A DNA stretch of 64,000 nt from the human T2T-CHM13v2.0 reference genome, Homo sapiens. The stretch is from the NCBI RefSeq assembly GCF_009914755.1, contig NC_060928.1. One strand, given 5' to 3'. Both the position numbers and the translations under genes were made by a program. This document shows positions 1 through 15,440 of the stretch, one piece after another. The notes below the pieces were generated by a model. It was given only the letters and a program-made list of their open reading frames with translations. It was not told where the DNA came from and made no database searches. The first letter of the stretch is position 1, and each line of letters begins with the position of its first letter.

Positions 1-181
1 GGCCAAATCTGACCCATTGTCTGCATTGTGATGAAAATTGTATTGGCAAACACCATGCTCATGTACTGTCTCGGGCTGCTTTTCCTCTACAGTGTCAGAG
101 TAGATGTGACAGAAAATGTAATCTCCGTAAAGCCAAATATATTTATCATCTGTCCATTTACAGAAAATTTGTCAAGCTCTG
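1..181 (+). mobile_element. MER58-type hAT DNA transposon (partial)
   Basis: ggccaaatct...aaagccaaatatatttatcatctgtccatttacagaaaatttgtcaagctctg resembles the MER58A 3' half from recall. Confidence 0.75.
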
Positions 182-754
182 TCGAAAGGGTCTTATAAGT
201 GATAAATATCATAGTGTTAATAGATTGTGAATGGTTTATATCCATAGGGTGAAAACTGGGGTAGCTAGAAATAGATACAGATTCTTTACTATTATTTCCA
301 TAAAGATGGTATATAATTTAACCCACCTCTGCCTTGAATCTTGGCTGGTATTAATGACTTGCTTGAAAAATACAATAGAAGCACAGATGCTAGTTCACGA
401 GAATCCTTGCAGCTTTTGCTTGAGTCTTGTGGAACTCTGCATGTGAGAATAAAGTCACTAAATAGTCCAACTCCCTTGAGACTACCATGATAGAGAGTTC
501 ACAGAGAAGAATGCCATTTGACAGGCTCAGCTCATCCAGATTCTTTGCAATGCCTGCAAAGGCGTCATTAATTTGAAAAGAGACCTTGTATACCCTTCCG
601 ATCAACTTATCTAACAGATAAATTCTATTGATTATCTCCCATCAACATCATTTGGACTGAAAGAATCATCTAGCTGGGCCATGACCAAATTCCTAACCCA
701 GAAAAACAATAAGGCTGTATAAAAAGGGGTTGGAAGTCACTAAGTTTGGGGTCT

Positions 755-840
755 TCAACAGTCCAAATCCTGGCAGCTGGTGAAATATTGTCTCAATCCT
801 GAAGCGGAGATCTGAGTTATGCACAACAGTGTCCACTACA
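755..840 (-). mobile_element. LTR16-like ERVL LTR 5' end fragment
   Basis: Reverse complement starts tgtagtggacactgttgtgcat...agatctccgcttcaggattgag...ccagctgcc, similar to the LTR16 start. Confidence 0.5.
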
Positions 841-1086
841 GTCTGCCCATATTTTGTTTGGGATTTTTGTACTTATATTTATGAGTGAAATGAACCTTTA
901 ATTTAGTTTTTATATTGTCCTTTCCTGAATTTGTTACTAGTTGAATAAGTTAGAGAATATTCCAATATTTTAAAAATCTCCAAATGATTTTTGTTAAGGT
1001 TTTAAGGATATTTCCTAAAATTTTACTTAAATTTCCCTCTAAAACTGCCTTTTCATTTTTTTTCTGATAATGTTTGTAACTTTGGC

Positions 1087-1562
1087 ATGCCAGTTTTTTA
1101 TTGCTACTGTAACCAATTATCACAAACAGTGATATAAAATATCACAATTTGTTATCTGACACGTCGGTAGTATAGATGTCTGATAGGGGTTTCATGGTAC
1201 TAAAATCAAGGCATCAGTGGGGTTGGAGTCCTTTATGGAGGCTTTCTGGAAAAAAAAATTTCTTAGCCTTTTTTAGCTTCTAGACCTTTCCTTTCTTCAC
1301 CTTCAAAACAAGCAATATTGCATCCCTCTATCTCTCTTGTACTCACATCTCCCTCATACCATCGCTAGAAAATATTTTTAGTTTTAAGACTTACTTGCTT
1401 AGATTAGGACTACTCATAATTAAAAAAAAAATTCCCATTTTAAGGTCCTTAACCTAAGCACACCTGCAAAGTTATTTTTGTCATTTAAGATAACACATTT
1501 ACAACTTCCACGGATTGTGATGTTCATATATTTAGGCGGGGCATCATTCCATGTATCATATA
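1087..1562 (-). mobile_element. MLT1C/D-type MaLR LTR
   Basis: ttgctactgtaaccaattatcacaaac...ctaaaatcaagg...ttttagcttctaga...gggcatcattcc matches a reverse MLT1D-like LTR. Confidence 0.75.
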
Positions 1563-2819
1563 CAGCTTGTTAGACTTTCTTTATTTAGTCAGTGTGGTAC
1601 ATTATACTCTTCAAAAATGTGTTTATTTCATTTAAATTTTCAAACTAAGTAGCAAAAAATGTTGATATCTTATTAGTTCAATATTTCTTATATTTGAATC
1701 TATATATTTTATATATTTTTTATATTGTTATTAATTCTTTTTTTCCTTTTTAGGTTTTTTTTACTCATTTCAAGCCATTCTCTAAGTTAGAATTTAACCA
1801 TAAAAAAATTTAATTTAATCTACTTTATTAAGATCCTTGGATGTTTTGCAATATACTTAAGGTAAACCCTTTATATGGCTTACATAGACTTTCAATAGAT
1901 GACTCTTACTTAACCCTGAAGACCAAAGAAATAAATCTTTAAATACACCTCATTTTTTATAGTGTAGGAGTTTAGAACTGCTATTCTCCTTTGTAGAAAA
2001 TGTAAGTCCTGTGTTGAACCTTTCTTTCATAGGAGTAACCATTACATAGATTTTAGTTGTCTTTGTTTCCTCATTTTCTTTAATGAAACTTCATTCTCCT
2101 TTTATGTAATTACATACATCCTTATTTTTATATCAGGAAAATCACCACACTATGTTCTAATGTTTACTAAATTGTCAGCATCACCTATATGATTAACTAT
2201 GTGTTTAATTGGTGGTCTGTGGGAAGTGACTATTTTGTCTCAAAATTTAGCACAGTTCCTGGTAAAGAGTAAGCACACAACAAATATTTGTTGGAAGACT
2301 TAATGATTGTAATAGCATAATGTATTGATATTTTATTGTATTTGTGTTCAAAGATGGACTAGGAACAAGGATAATGGAATTATATCATTTATTCTCTGTC
2401 ATTAGACAGCTATAAACTGTAGGAAATCACTCTATCACTCTTGAGGAAATATTTTTATTTATAAAAAAGTATATTTGAATTTAAAAAGTTTAGTCTTTTT
2501 TTCAGCATAAAATGAGCTTGAGGTAAATTAATTTTCCCTCTGGGAAAAAATTTGTTTTAATTTTTCCTACCAATAACATAATAATAACCTTATCCACTTA
2601 TAGGCACATTGTTATAATGTTGTTAAATATTCTGATTTCATATATTTAGATTTTTGTTTTAATCAACACTAGAAGGTATGAGTATTTCCTTAATGGCATA
2701 ATGTTTTTCCTGTTTATGGAGCACTATGTAACATAAACTATTTATTACTAATATAAAATTATAAATTATATTTTTAAAATGTCTTTTCTTTGGAGAAGTA
2801 CTAGAGAAAGACTATTGCT

Positions 2820-2900
2820 TGCAGTGAGCCACGATTGCACCACTACACCCCAGCCGGGGTGACAGAGAGAGACTCCGTTTCAAAAAACAAACAAAAAAAT
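2820..2900 (+). mobile_element. 5'-truncated Alu (about 80 bp) with TSD
   Basis: Alu 3' end tgcagtgagcc...gagactccgtttc plus A-rich tail, flanked by actattgct at 2811-2819 and 2901-2909. Confidence 0.9.
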
Positions 2901-3231
2901 ACTATTGCTCAGCTTAAGTCCCAAATCAATTTCTGATTGTCAGCGGAAGGGAATGATATGATATGTAGCTTCCTAAGAGCTACTTTTGGCAAAACTGTTG
3001 CCTGAAAAAAGGGAATACACTTACTAGGATGTAGGGGGAGAAAATGCTAAGAAATTTTAAAGTACATCAGCTCAATATGTTTCTTTCAGTTAGCTAAATA
3101 TTAAATCCTTTTTTACCATATTGATTGATTTTTTTGCATATGCAACTTTTGATAGAAATCAGAACTCAGAACTTTCTTCCTAACTAAGTCATTTTCAAAT
3201 CCAAATCGAAATGATGTCCAAGTGCTATCCA

Positions 3232-3310
3232 GAAGACAAGGAAAAAAGGAGAAGGAGGAGGAGGGGTGGAAGGAAGGAGGAGAAAGGGGAACAAGGAGAA
3301 GGGAAAAAAA
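3232..3310. repeat. GA-rich low-complexity tract
   Basis: ggagaaggaggaggaggggtggaaggaaggaggagaaagggg. Confidence 0.85.
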
Positions 3311-3377
3311 ATCTGATTTTTCTGACTTCTTTCTTCAGTGACTTTTTTCCCATATATTGCATTATAACATTTATTTA

Positions 3378-4390
3378 TTATTTTTATTTTTAACAACCTT
3401 ATTGAGGTATAATTGATATACAAAAACTCCACATATTTCATGCAAACATTCTGATGAGTTTATCTATATGCATAGGCCCATAAAACCATCACTACCGTAA
3501 AGATGATAGACGTATTCATTGCCTCTAAATGCCTGCTTGTGCCTCTTTTTTTGTGTGATAAGAATATGTAACATGAAGTCTATCCTCATAACAAAACTTT
3601 AAATGTGTAATACCATATTGTTAACTATAGTCACTATGTTTACAGCAGATCTCTGGAACTTACTTATCTTGCATAGCTAAAACATTATACCCACCATACA
3701 ATGATTCTCCATACCCCCTCCTCTCAGGCCCTGGCAACCACTTAATACTTTCTTCTTTGAGTTAGACTATTTTAGATACCTGATCTAAGTGGAATTGTGC
3801 AGTATTTGTTCTTCTGTAACAGTCATGTCTTTCAGGTTCATCCATGTTATTGAAAATGGCAATTTTCTTTGTTAAGGTTGAATACTATTTCATTTATGTA
3901 TATGCCATATTTTCTTTATCCATTCATCTATTGATAGATATTTGGGTTGTTTCCATTTCTTGGCTATAGTGAATAATGCTTTAATAACATAGGAGTGCAG
4001 AAATATTTTTGAGATCGTGATTTTAATTCTTTTGACCATTATACCCCCAAGTGTAATTACTACATCATATGAGAGTACTATTTTTAATTTTGGGGGGAAC
4101 ATTCTTTGGTTTTCAATAGTATTTGCACCATTGTACATTCACACCATTAGTGTAGAAGGGTTACAATTTTTCTGTATCCTCACCAACACTTGTTACCTTT
4201 TGTTTTGTCGATAATAGCTATCTTAACATATGAGAGATATCTCATTGCAATGTTAATTTGCATTTTCCTAATGATTAGTGATGTCTATCAACTATTAATA
4301 TATCTTTCAGCCATTTGTATGACTTCATTGGAGAAATATTTAAGTCCACTGCCTATTTTTAATTGATGTTTTGTTTTTACTATCGTAACT
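3378..4390 (-). mobile_element. L1MA/L1MB 3' end (3'UTR plus ORF2 C-terminus)
   Basis: ttattgaggtataattgatatacaaaaact... is a typical L1MB/MA terminus. Minus-strand ORF 3890-4138 contains the ORF2-like ALFTIAKKWKQPKYLSIDEWIKKIW. Confidence 0.88.
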
Positions 4391-4842
4391 TTTTTTATTC
4401 AAGTGATTAAAAATACTTTGGAATACACAGTACTAATATTAATTATTAAGTTTACATCAACCCCTTTTTGTGATGAAATGTTATACTAAAACTTACCATG
4501 ATCTATTCTTGAGATTCCAATCAGTCTGGCCCTAAATCTGCCTTAATAATGGCAATATGGCAAGTCAGTAACTGATCAAGCTTCAAAGCTAACCAAATGC
4601 TTCTTTTATCTTTAAGTTATCCCTAATTACTCACTGAGATGTGACTCTCCACTGTTTTGTATTATAACAGTTATGATATTTTTGCTTCTATAATTTCAGT
4701 TATATATTACTCATTTTAAATACATATAACTGATGCAAAATAATATTGAATTGAAAAATACAGGAAAATACAAAAATAAGAAAATGTATTACAAAACCAG
4801 CTCAAGCTTATGAAAAAAGTATATATACATTAAAATATCATA

Positions 4843-5015
4843 GGCTGGGCACTGGTGGCTCACGACTGAAATTCCAGCACTTTGGGAGGCTAAGGTTGGA
4901 GGATTGGTTGAGCCTGGAGATGGAGATTGTAGTGAGCCAAAATAGTGCCACTGACTCCAGCCTGGGTGACAAAGCAAGACCCTGTCTCAAAATAAATAAA
5001 TAAAATAAAATAAAA
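4843..5015 (+). mobile_element. Monomer-length Alu (FRAM-like, or AluJ with inter-arm deletion)
   Basis: Left-arm start (ggctcacg...ccagcactttgggaggc) runs directly into a right-arm end, followed by an (AAAT)n tail. Confidence 0.85.
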
Positions 5016-8000
5016 GTCACAAAACCTTTAAAGATGCTAGAACAAATAATTTTAGAATTTTCTGAAGAAGATACAACAAAATTCGAATGCTGAAATGATT
5101 CTGTCAAAGAAATAGATATATGCACTCACACACATCTACACACATATATGACACGTGAACATATGTTTAATAAATGTTAACCTTCAACCTGAGCTCAAAA
5201 TCAGAATTCTATATTTGCCAGACATTTTTAATCTGTAAGAATAATATAAAAAATAAGTAGTAAAAAGAACCTCCCAAATTTTATGTTCATTTGTAAAAAG
5301 AAAAATTCATAAGATCAATTATTGCAAAATATAAAATTTCAAACTGTCATTATTAAGAAGGTCATCATTTATTCATCCTTCTATCTAATAACATCTTCAC
5401 GGTCTTTTTAGTTTATAACAATAACATTTGAACTTATCAGTTTAATGATGATAACCCATTAATTCCCTTTCTTTGCAGACTCATTTATCCATCATTTAAG
5501 AGTGCAGCTACTAACAATTCCTTTAGGAAATTGGACGTTTTATAAGTTGCAAAGTTTATTTTGAATGAAACCAATGAATTTAAATGAAATGCTTCAAAAT
5601 TTTCCTTCCAAACATTGAATTTTATTAAATTAAATGCTATCCCTTATGCTGTATCTCAATTGGAAGATACATTTTCCTTTGTAGATCTAAATCAAAATTA
5701 TACCACTAGGATGCAAAGTAATTCCCTCCAGTAAGTGTCACTGTTTTATTTCTAACCAAGTAGTAACTATTTCTGCTGATGAAGTTGTTGCAGGAAAGAA
5801 AAACTTGATTTTAGCATATAAAGGCAAGTCAAATAATTAGAAAGACAATTGTACAAACATGATACTACTTGTTTCTTAATTAAAATTGAATTTTTAACAC
5901 AATACATGGATGGTAATATGTATTCCTGCTCACTGAAAATTCTTTCTAATATTATTATTAAATAGTTAGAGCCCTTACCCAAATGGTTTGCTATTGAAGA
6001 AACATCTGAGAGCATTTTAGAAAATAGTGTAGCCATGAACATTTAAGCTTTAACCTTTATTTCTTCTAGACCCAAATTGTTTTCACAATAATGGCTCCTA
6101 GAAATATTTAATCAATTCATGTTAAAAATTCACATGGAAAGAAGCAAGATTAAAAATGGATTTATGCAGTAATTTTGTTTTATTGGTATCTAGTTGAATT
6201 GTGGAGAGATATTACATAAATGCAAATGGGAAGAAGGAAAAAAACTCTTTTAAAGGTAGTGTTAAATAAGTTACACAATTGAGAAAAAGTATAAAAGAAT
6301 AATAATGAGGTGACATATAACAATTCAACAGAGAAAGACTATGGGATATTAAAATGAGATTGAAAAGGAATACAATAATCGTGAACTCAATATACACACA
6401 ACAAAAGCACTCAATGCATATTTATTGCTGACAATTTTTATGGTGACCGATAAAATTAATTTACTTAGTTCCTTTTAAAAATAATAATGAAAGAAACAAA
6501 TTTAGGTAAGAATTGTTTATGGTTGTACTACCAATGTTTTTGTTTGATGAGATTTCTTGTTTTTTTTTTAAAAAAAACATTTATATTTAAATAAAACATT
6601 CTAGGTAAACAAAGTTCAAAGAATGTATTTAGAGGTAAATTATTCCTAAAAGGGAATTAAATAATATTATTTTTAATAAAAATAACATGTAAAAAGAAGT
6701 TAGTAATAGACGTATAAGCAACTCTTAACATAGATTTGTTTTCTGAAGCAAAAAACAGAATACGAATGAAAGTTTTACTTTAGTAAGTACTGATGAACTG
6801 TAGTAGTTTAACAATGCTTTGTCTTACCAGTTATAAAATAAACAGGTAAATTGATAAAAACACAAGCAAATATTTAACCTCTAGCTTTTCCAGTGGAATA
6901 TAATCACAATAATTATAGACAGGCAAATTTTTCCTTCTATCAATATATTTAGGTGGCAAAGTCATACTTCTAATAATATAATTTGATAGATATATATGCC
7001 AGTTATCTTTGTAAAAGAGGAAAATAGGTCCATGACTATAGAGGATTGACTGACTCAACACTACTTAGAAAAGAGGGAACTGCTAATCAAAATATTAGAA
7101 TGCTAACTCAATTCCATGTAATCGTTTAAGCTTTAACAAGAACAATAATAACAATGAGATAATAATAATTATAATATTGAAAAATATGATTACACCCAAA
7201 ACACTTTGATACATGAATTCTTAGATGCTAGTTCATATCAAAGTACATTTCTATAATTATGGCCTGTCTTACCAATATAGTGTAATTTTATAAAGTCCTT
7301 CCTTTAAGACATTATAGTAGTAGAGAATGGAGTTTGTCTATTTATTTTGGTTTGAAATTTTGGAAAATAAAAAGTTGATAATATGATTAGTCACCTTAAA
7401 ATATATAGGCAGTTTGACAAATTATTAAATACACAAGTAAAGAATCAGAGCCTTAAAGTTATCATTTTATAATGGAGAAAGCACAGATATGGCATCAGTA
7501 ATGCATGTTTTACTTGAATCTTGATTACTTAGTAATTCTGTGATCCTCGTTATTTATTTCTGTATGTTGAGACTTACATCTCTCATAGCAATAAATATTG
7601 TGAAGAGCTTTGAGAATTCTGGATATTATATGTGAGTAACCAAGTAGTTTCTAAATAAACAGCAGCCATATTATTATTATTATTATTTTGCTGACGCTAT
7701 GCTTCATATGTTAAGGTATGAAAGTCTAGCTTATAAATTGTTTTTTCATCATATTTTGCTACCTATCAAAAAAATAATGAGCCACGCAGAGACCAAAGAT
7801 TCAATAAAATGTTCAATTAACCAAGATGCTCCAATTATTGTCCATTATTTACCTTCAACATAGCTCAAAAATATTCAAAACAAAATTGAGAGTTCAAAAA
7901 GATATTGTCAACCCAAACCCAAAGGGAGATTCTAATATGTCTGTCTCAATATTTAATATATCAAGTAAGCAAAATTATATATTACCATATATATTATGTA

Positions 8001-8246
8001 AATTTGTATATACTATATATTATGTATAATTTTTGTAACTATGCATACAGTTATATGTCTACATACAAACTATATAACTACACATATTTTTGCAGATATA
8101 TTTCTAATTATTCAATGGAAACGTTTACTGTAATGTAGATCAACTTTGATCAATTTATTATCTTATTAGACCTCCTACACTTCATGTTTCTTACATTTTA
8201 AGGGACTTATAATCAGAAAAAAATGACAAACTAAACTACAACTTCT

Positions 8247-8558
8247 TTTTTTTTTTTTTTTTTTTTTGAGACGGAGTCTTGCTCTGTCGCCCAGGCTGGA
8301 GAGCAGTGGCGCGATCTCGGCTCGCTGCAAGTTCTGCCTCCTGGTTTCACGCCTTTCTCCTGCCTCAACCTCCTGAGTAGTTGGGGCTACAGGGGCCCGC
8401 CACCACACCCAGCTAATTTGTGTGTGTGTGTGTGTGTTTTTAGTAAAGACGGGGTTTCACCGTGTTAGCCAGCATGGTCTAGATCTCCTGACCTCGTGAT
8501 CCGCCCACTGGCATCCCAAAGTACTGGGATTACAGGCGTAAGCCACCTCGCCGAGTCG
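8247..8558 (-). mobile_element. AluY-like full-length Alu
   Basis: Poly-T head, Y-type ctgcaag/ttcacgcc/gatctcctgacctcgtga, and a perfect 16 bp TSD ctaaactacaacttct at 8231-8246 and 8559-8574. Confidence 0.95.
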
Positions 8559-8661
8559 CTAAACTACAACTTCTAAGTAATTCTTCTCCGTATCTATTAA
8601 AGACAGAATAAAAGAAAAAATATTCTGAAAAAGTTTTTTTTCACCAGTTAAGATATAATGA

Positions 8662-9003
8662 GGCCAGGCGCGGTGGTTCACGCCTGTAATCCCAGCACTT
8701 TGAGAGGCAGAGGCGGGCAGATCAATTGAGGTCAGGAGTTCAAGACCACCCTGGCTAACATGGTGAAACCCCATCTTTATTCAAATACAAAAATTAGCAG
8801 GGCGTAGTGGCGGGCGCCTGTAGTCCCAGCTGCAGGCTATGTATGTATGTTGGGAGGCTGAGATGAGAAAATCACTTGAATCTGGGAGGTGGAGGTTGCA
8901 GTGAGCTGAGATCGCATCACTGCACTCCAGCCTGGGCAACAGAGCGAGACTCCCTCTCAAAAAAATAAAGAAAATAAAAATAAAAAAATAAACGAACAAA
9001 AAA
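8662..9003 (+). mobile_element. AluS full-length with a small internal insertion
   Basis: Dimeric Alu with extra gcaggctatgtatgtatgt in the right arm and an A-rich tail. Confidence 0.93.
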
Positions 9004-9889
9004 TCCCGGAAATAAAGAGCTAACTGTGAGAAAGTTGTGGAATCCTTCAATCTTGACATGTATTACCAAGAATAACTCTAAAGGCTTTTTCATCCCTACA
9101 GCTAGGAAACCTGGCAGCATTTTTAGTGGAGCTGTTGACTTCCCTGCATAAGAGAGAGGAATACTTTAGAGGTTAAAAGCCTTAGAACAACAACAACAAA
9201 ATGACTTTATAAAAGTAGTGGAGAAACATGTAACTTAGTCTATGAATTTTTTGTGGCTATTTTGATATTATTAAATTAAATGTGAAGCCACTGTACGTTT
9301 AGTAATTCTATTCATAAATTTGATATTTTCCCACCTAAATAAATGAACTTATTATTTGAAGTTGCATACTGAATTTTCAGATATTATGTAGGCTGGTCTA
9401 CCAGATTTATTAAAACACTGATTTTACCCTCTGAGATGTCAAAATGACCAGCAGAACCCGGAAGCCTATTTAGAAAATGTATTACAGTACATGCATATGT
9501 AAACGTATTTAAACCAGATGTCTTCCTACAATTTTTAGAGCGAAGCTTTCTCTAATTAGTAGAGAGAACATTTTGTTATAAAACTTTCATAGTATCCATT
9601 CAGAAATAGTAAGCACGGCTTCTATATTATGAACAACTTTCTGTGTGCCAACTCAGTGGAAATAATTATTGTGGTAGGTGAATATTAAATACTATATGTT
9701 TTAGTATTTATATACTACTAGTCCTGTGCACGAGATAGAGCATAGTAAGGGAAGGAGTGAAGGGTAGTTTTTTAACTGACATGTGACATAACTATCCAGA
9801 TATTGTGTTTATTTACAGATTTATTTGTTCATTTTTTTTCTTTGTTTTTAGGCAATATTTACATAAAGTGGAATGCAAAAATCTTTATT

Positions 9890-12800
9890 TCATTAGTTCT
9901 TATAATTGTTGGGTATATCCCTTTGATTTTCTATGTAAACAACCATAATAGATAAAAATAGAGACCGTCTTTCTTCTTCCTTTCCAATATGATTCCATTT
10001 TTTTATTGCAAGTTTTTTCCCTGATTGCACTAGCTAAAACTACCAATAAAATTCCAAGTAAAAAGGATAAAGTCCTTCCATTTTGCTCAATCTTAAATGA
10101 AAAGCATTCAATATTTTACCAATAATTATATTATCAGCTATAGCTTTTATAATTTCATTGTTTTGAGGCAGATAACAATATTCAGTTATATCTTATTTCT
10201 TGATTACTTTAAAGAATTTAAGTTGAGATTTTGCCAAATACTTTTTCTGCATCTGTTGAGCTTACTGCATGATGTGTATATATACCAGTTTTCTTTATCC
10301 ATTCATTTGTTAATGAACACTTAAGTCGATTCCATAGCTGAGCTATTCTGAATAGTGCTGCAATAAAAATGGAAATGCACATATCTCTTTGACATTTTCT
10401 TTCTTTTGGATATATACCCAGCAGTGGAATACCTGGATCATATGGCAGTTCTACTTTGCATGTTTTGAGGAAACTTCATACTGTTTTCCAAAATTATTAT
10501 ACTGATTTACACTTTTACTAGCAATGTAGAAGTATTTCCTTTCCTCCACATCCTCAGCAGCATCTGTTATTTTATGTCTTTTTATAACATCCATTTTTAC
10601 TGGGGTGAGATGATAAGTCATTGTGCTTTTTATTTGCATTTCCCAGATAGATGATAAGTGATATTGAGCATTTTTTCATTTACCTGTTGACCATTAATAT
10701 GTCATAATTTGAGAAATGTCTACTCAGAACTTTTGGCCACTTTTAAAATTGGATTTTTAAATTTGTTTTGTTGCTATTGAGATATTACATTTTATTATGT
10801 ATACTTGTTAATAATCCCTTGTTGGATAGATAGTTTGAAAACATATTCTCCTATTTTTCAGGCTGTCTCTTCACTTTATTATTTTCTTTGATGTGCAAAA
10901 GCTTTTTAGTTTAATACCATTTGTTAATTTTTGCATTTGTTGCCTATCGTTTTGAGGTTTTACTCAAAAATTCTTTGCCCAGACTAATCTCCTGAAGCAT
11001 TTCCCCAATCTTTTCTTCAAGTAGTTTCATAGTTTCAGGTCTTGCATTAAAGTTTTAATCCATTTGGATTTGATTTTTCAGTATGGGGAGAGACATAAAA
11101 GTTGTTTTCTTCTACATATGGATGCCAAGTTTACCTACCATTATTTTTTGAAGAGATTGTCCTTTCTCCAATGTATTTTCTTGGTGCTTTTGTTGAGAAT
11201 GTGTTGAATATAAATTCAACTGTGTTCTCTGAGTTCTCTATTCTGTCCCACTGGTTTATGTTTCTGTTTTTATGTCAGTACCATGCTGTTATGGTTATTA
11301 CAGCTGTGTGGTACATTATGATTTCAGTTAGCATTATGCCTCCAGCTTTGTTCTTTTTTCTCAGGATTACTTTGGCTACTCTGGTTCTTTAGTGGTTCCA
11401 TATGAATTTTAGGATTTTTAAAAAAATTTCTATGAAGAATATTATTAGTATTTTAGTAGGTATTGCATTAAATCTATAAATTGCTTTAGGTAGTATGAAA
11501 GTTTTAACAGTATTAATTCTTCCAATCCGTGAACATGGATTTTTTAAAATTTTTCATGTCATATTCAATTTCTTTCATCAGTGTTTTATAGTTTTCATTG
11601 TAGGAATTTTTTAGTTTAATTTATTTCTTGGTAATTTTTTGTAGCTATTGTAAATGGTATTGCTTTCTTGAATTCTTTTTTAGATAGTTAGCTATTGGCA
11701 TATAGAAATGCTACTCTTTTTTTTTTTTTTTTTTTTTTTTTTGAGATAGTATCTCACTCTGTCACCCAGGCTGCAGTGCAGTGGTATGATCATGGCTCAC
11801 TGCAGCCTCAACCTCCCAGGCTCACACAATTCTCCCAACTCATCTTCCTTAGTATTTGGGACCACAAGCACGTGCTACCACATCCAGCTAATTTTAAAAT
11901 TGTTTTTGTTAGAGGTAAGGTTTCATTACATTTTCCAGGCTGACCTCAAACTCCTGGGCTTAAGCAATTCTCCCAACTTAGGTTCCCAAAGTTCTGGGAT
12001 TACAGGCATAAGCTGCTGTGCCTGGCTTGCTACTAACTTTTGTGTATTGATTTTGTATCTGACAATGTTATTGAATTTATTTATTGATTCTAAGCGGTTT
12101 TTTTTTTGGTGGAAACTTTATGCTTTCTAAATATAAGATTATGTCATTTGTAAACGAGGACAATTTAACTTTTTCTTTGGATACTATTTATTTCTTTCTA
12201 TTGTCTAATTGTTCTGGCATGTAGAAGAAACATACTACAAAACAGTAAGAACCACATTTTTTGCCAATTTGCATATGTTAAAACATCTTTGTATCCATGG
12301 GTAATCATGATCACTAGATCATAATTTTTTAATGTATTGTTGAATTATGTTTGCTAGCATTTTATTGAACATTTTTGCATGTATATTCATCAGAAATACT
12401 AGTGCTTGTGGTTTTCTTTTTTTATTGTGTCTTAGTCTGGTTTTCGGATGAGTGTAATGCTGGCCACTTAGAATGAGCTTGGAAGAATTTCCTCTTATTA
12501 ACATTTAATTACTTGGAATAGTTTGAGTAGAATTGGTATTACTTTTTCTTTAAATGTTGGCAAAATTTATCAGTGAAACCATTCAGGTCTGGGCTTATGT
12601 TTGATAGGATTCTATTATTATTTTTATTACTGCTTCTCACTCATTACTCATTATTGGTCCATGTTGTTATAGGAGAAGTTTCTTATAGTCAACACACAGT
12701 TCTGTCTTTCTACTTTTTTGTCCCAAAAGCCACAGTATGTCTTTTAATTGGATAATTTAGTCCATTTACATTTAATGTTGTTATTAATAGTTAAAATTTC

Positions 12801-13195
12801 ATTACTCTCACTGTTTTACTTTTTTCTGGTGTTTTTGTAAATTCTCCCTTCATTTTTTTAAAATTTCTTATTGTTTTTCTTTGTTTAGTGATTTTCTTTG
12901 GTAATATGATTTATAATTTATTCTTTTTAAGTGTATTTCTTATATGTTGTAGCTCATGAGCCTTACAAAAAAATACCTTATAGTTATAACAAGTCTTTCA
13001 AAACTAACAACCTAATTTTGATTGCAAAACAAAACCATACAAATAAGCAACACTAAAACCTCTGTACATTAATTCCACCCCTGACTTTCTGTTGCCTCAA
13101 CTTATATATTTTCATATTGCCTATCTCTTAAAAAGTGTTGTAGTTATCATCTCTGTTTTTTACTTTTACCAGTGAGCTTTCAGTCTTCAGATGAT
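9890..13195 (-). mobile_element. L1M (L1MA-like) ORF2 segments, fragmented
   Basis: Continuous antisense L1 sequence. Minus-strand ORF 10451-10639 MQIKSTMTYHLTPVKM is L1 ORF2 C-terminal. Confidence 0.85.
11717..12027 (-). mobile_element. AluJ inserted in L1
   Basis: Poly-T head, J-type gatcatggctcactgcagcctcaacctccc and ctcaaactcctgggct, with tgctact repeated on both flanks. Confidence 0.9.
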
Positions 13196-13199
13196 TTCT

Positions 13200-14460
<1,261 letters not shown>

Positions 14461-14814
14461 CTAGAATTTTCAGAATAAGCTAAGTAGCACATTAATGAAA
14501 AGTTCAAACGTATTATATCCTCAAAAAGCATTTGGCAAATTTGTTAATGATATTCTACTTTCCAAGGGCATCTAATTTGAATTCTAACAGTGTATTGCTT
14601 TGAAATAAACATTGTGTTGGCAAAGTAACAAGAAAAATGTGGATAATTCTACTAAGTTTTAGCTTATATAGGGGTGCTCAATCTTAATGTTTATATATAA
14701 AACCCCTGTTATTTAATTTAGAAATAAACCAGGTGTAACAGGATGCTACTATAAAAAATAAGAAAAAAATGTTAGTCATGAAGTGAATAAATTTGAACTT
14801 TTGTATATGTTTGA

Positions 14815-15440
14815 CAGGAATTCAAAATGGTGAAGCAACTGTGAAAAACAGACTGGAAGTTACTAAAAAATTTAAAAGTACATCCACCATATGAAAAAAC
14901 AGTTTTACTTCTGGGTATTTATACAAAAGAATTGAAATCATGATCTCAAAGAGATTATTAACACTTCTATGTTTAATGTAGCACTATTTACAGTAGCCAT
15001 GCAAAAACTAAATGTCCATTAACAGATAAAAAGATAAAGAAAATATTGAATATACACACAATGATATCTAGTCAGATTTAGAAAACAAGAGAATGTGGCA
15101 ATATGGACAACATGAATGAATCTTGAGGACATTATGCTAAGTGAAATAAGGCAGTCACAGAGACAACTACTATGTGATTCCAAGTATATGAGATATCTAA
15201 AACAGTCAAATTTATAAAATCAAAGAGTGGGATGGTGGCTTCCGGAAGCAGAAAGAAAAGGAATGTGGAGGAGTTTCTAATCAATAGGCACAAAATTTCA
15301 GTCAAGCAAGATGAATATGCTCTAGATATGTGCTGTACAGCAACGTGCCTATAGTCAACAATAGCGTACTGTATACTTAAAAATTTTGTTGGGAGGATAG
15401 ATCTCCTGTTAAGTGTTCTCAGCATAATAAAATAAAAATT
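14815..15440 (+). mobile_element. L1MB 3' end
   Basis: gaggacattatgctaagtgaaataag...gatctcctgttaagtgttctcagcataataaaa. Confidence 0.85.

Noticed and set aside
3184-3441. ORFs with poly-R or poly-P tracts
   Set aside because: They are translations of a GA-rich low-complexity tract.
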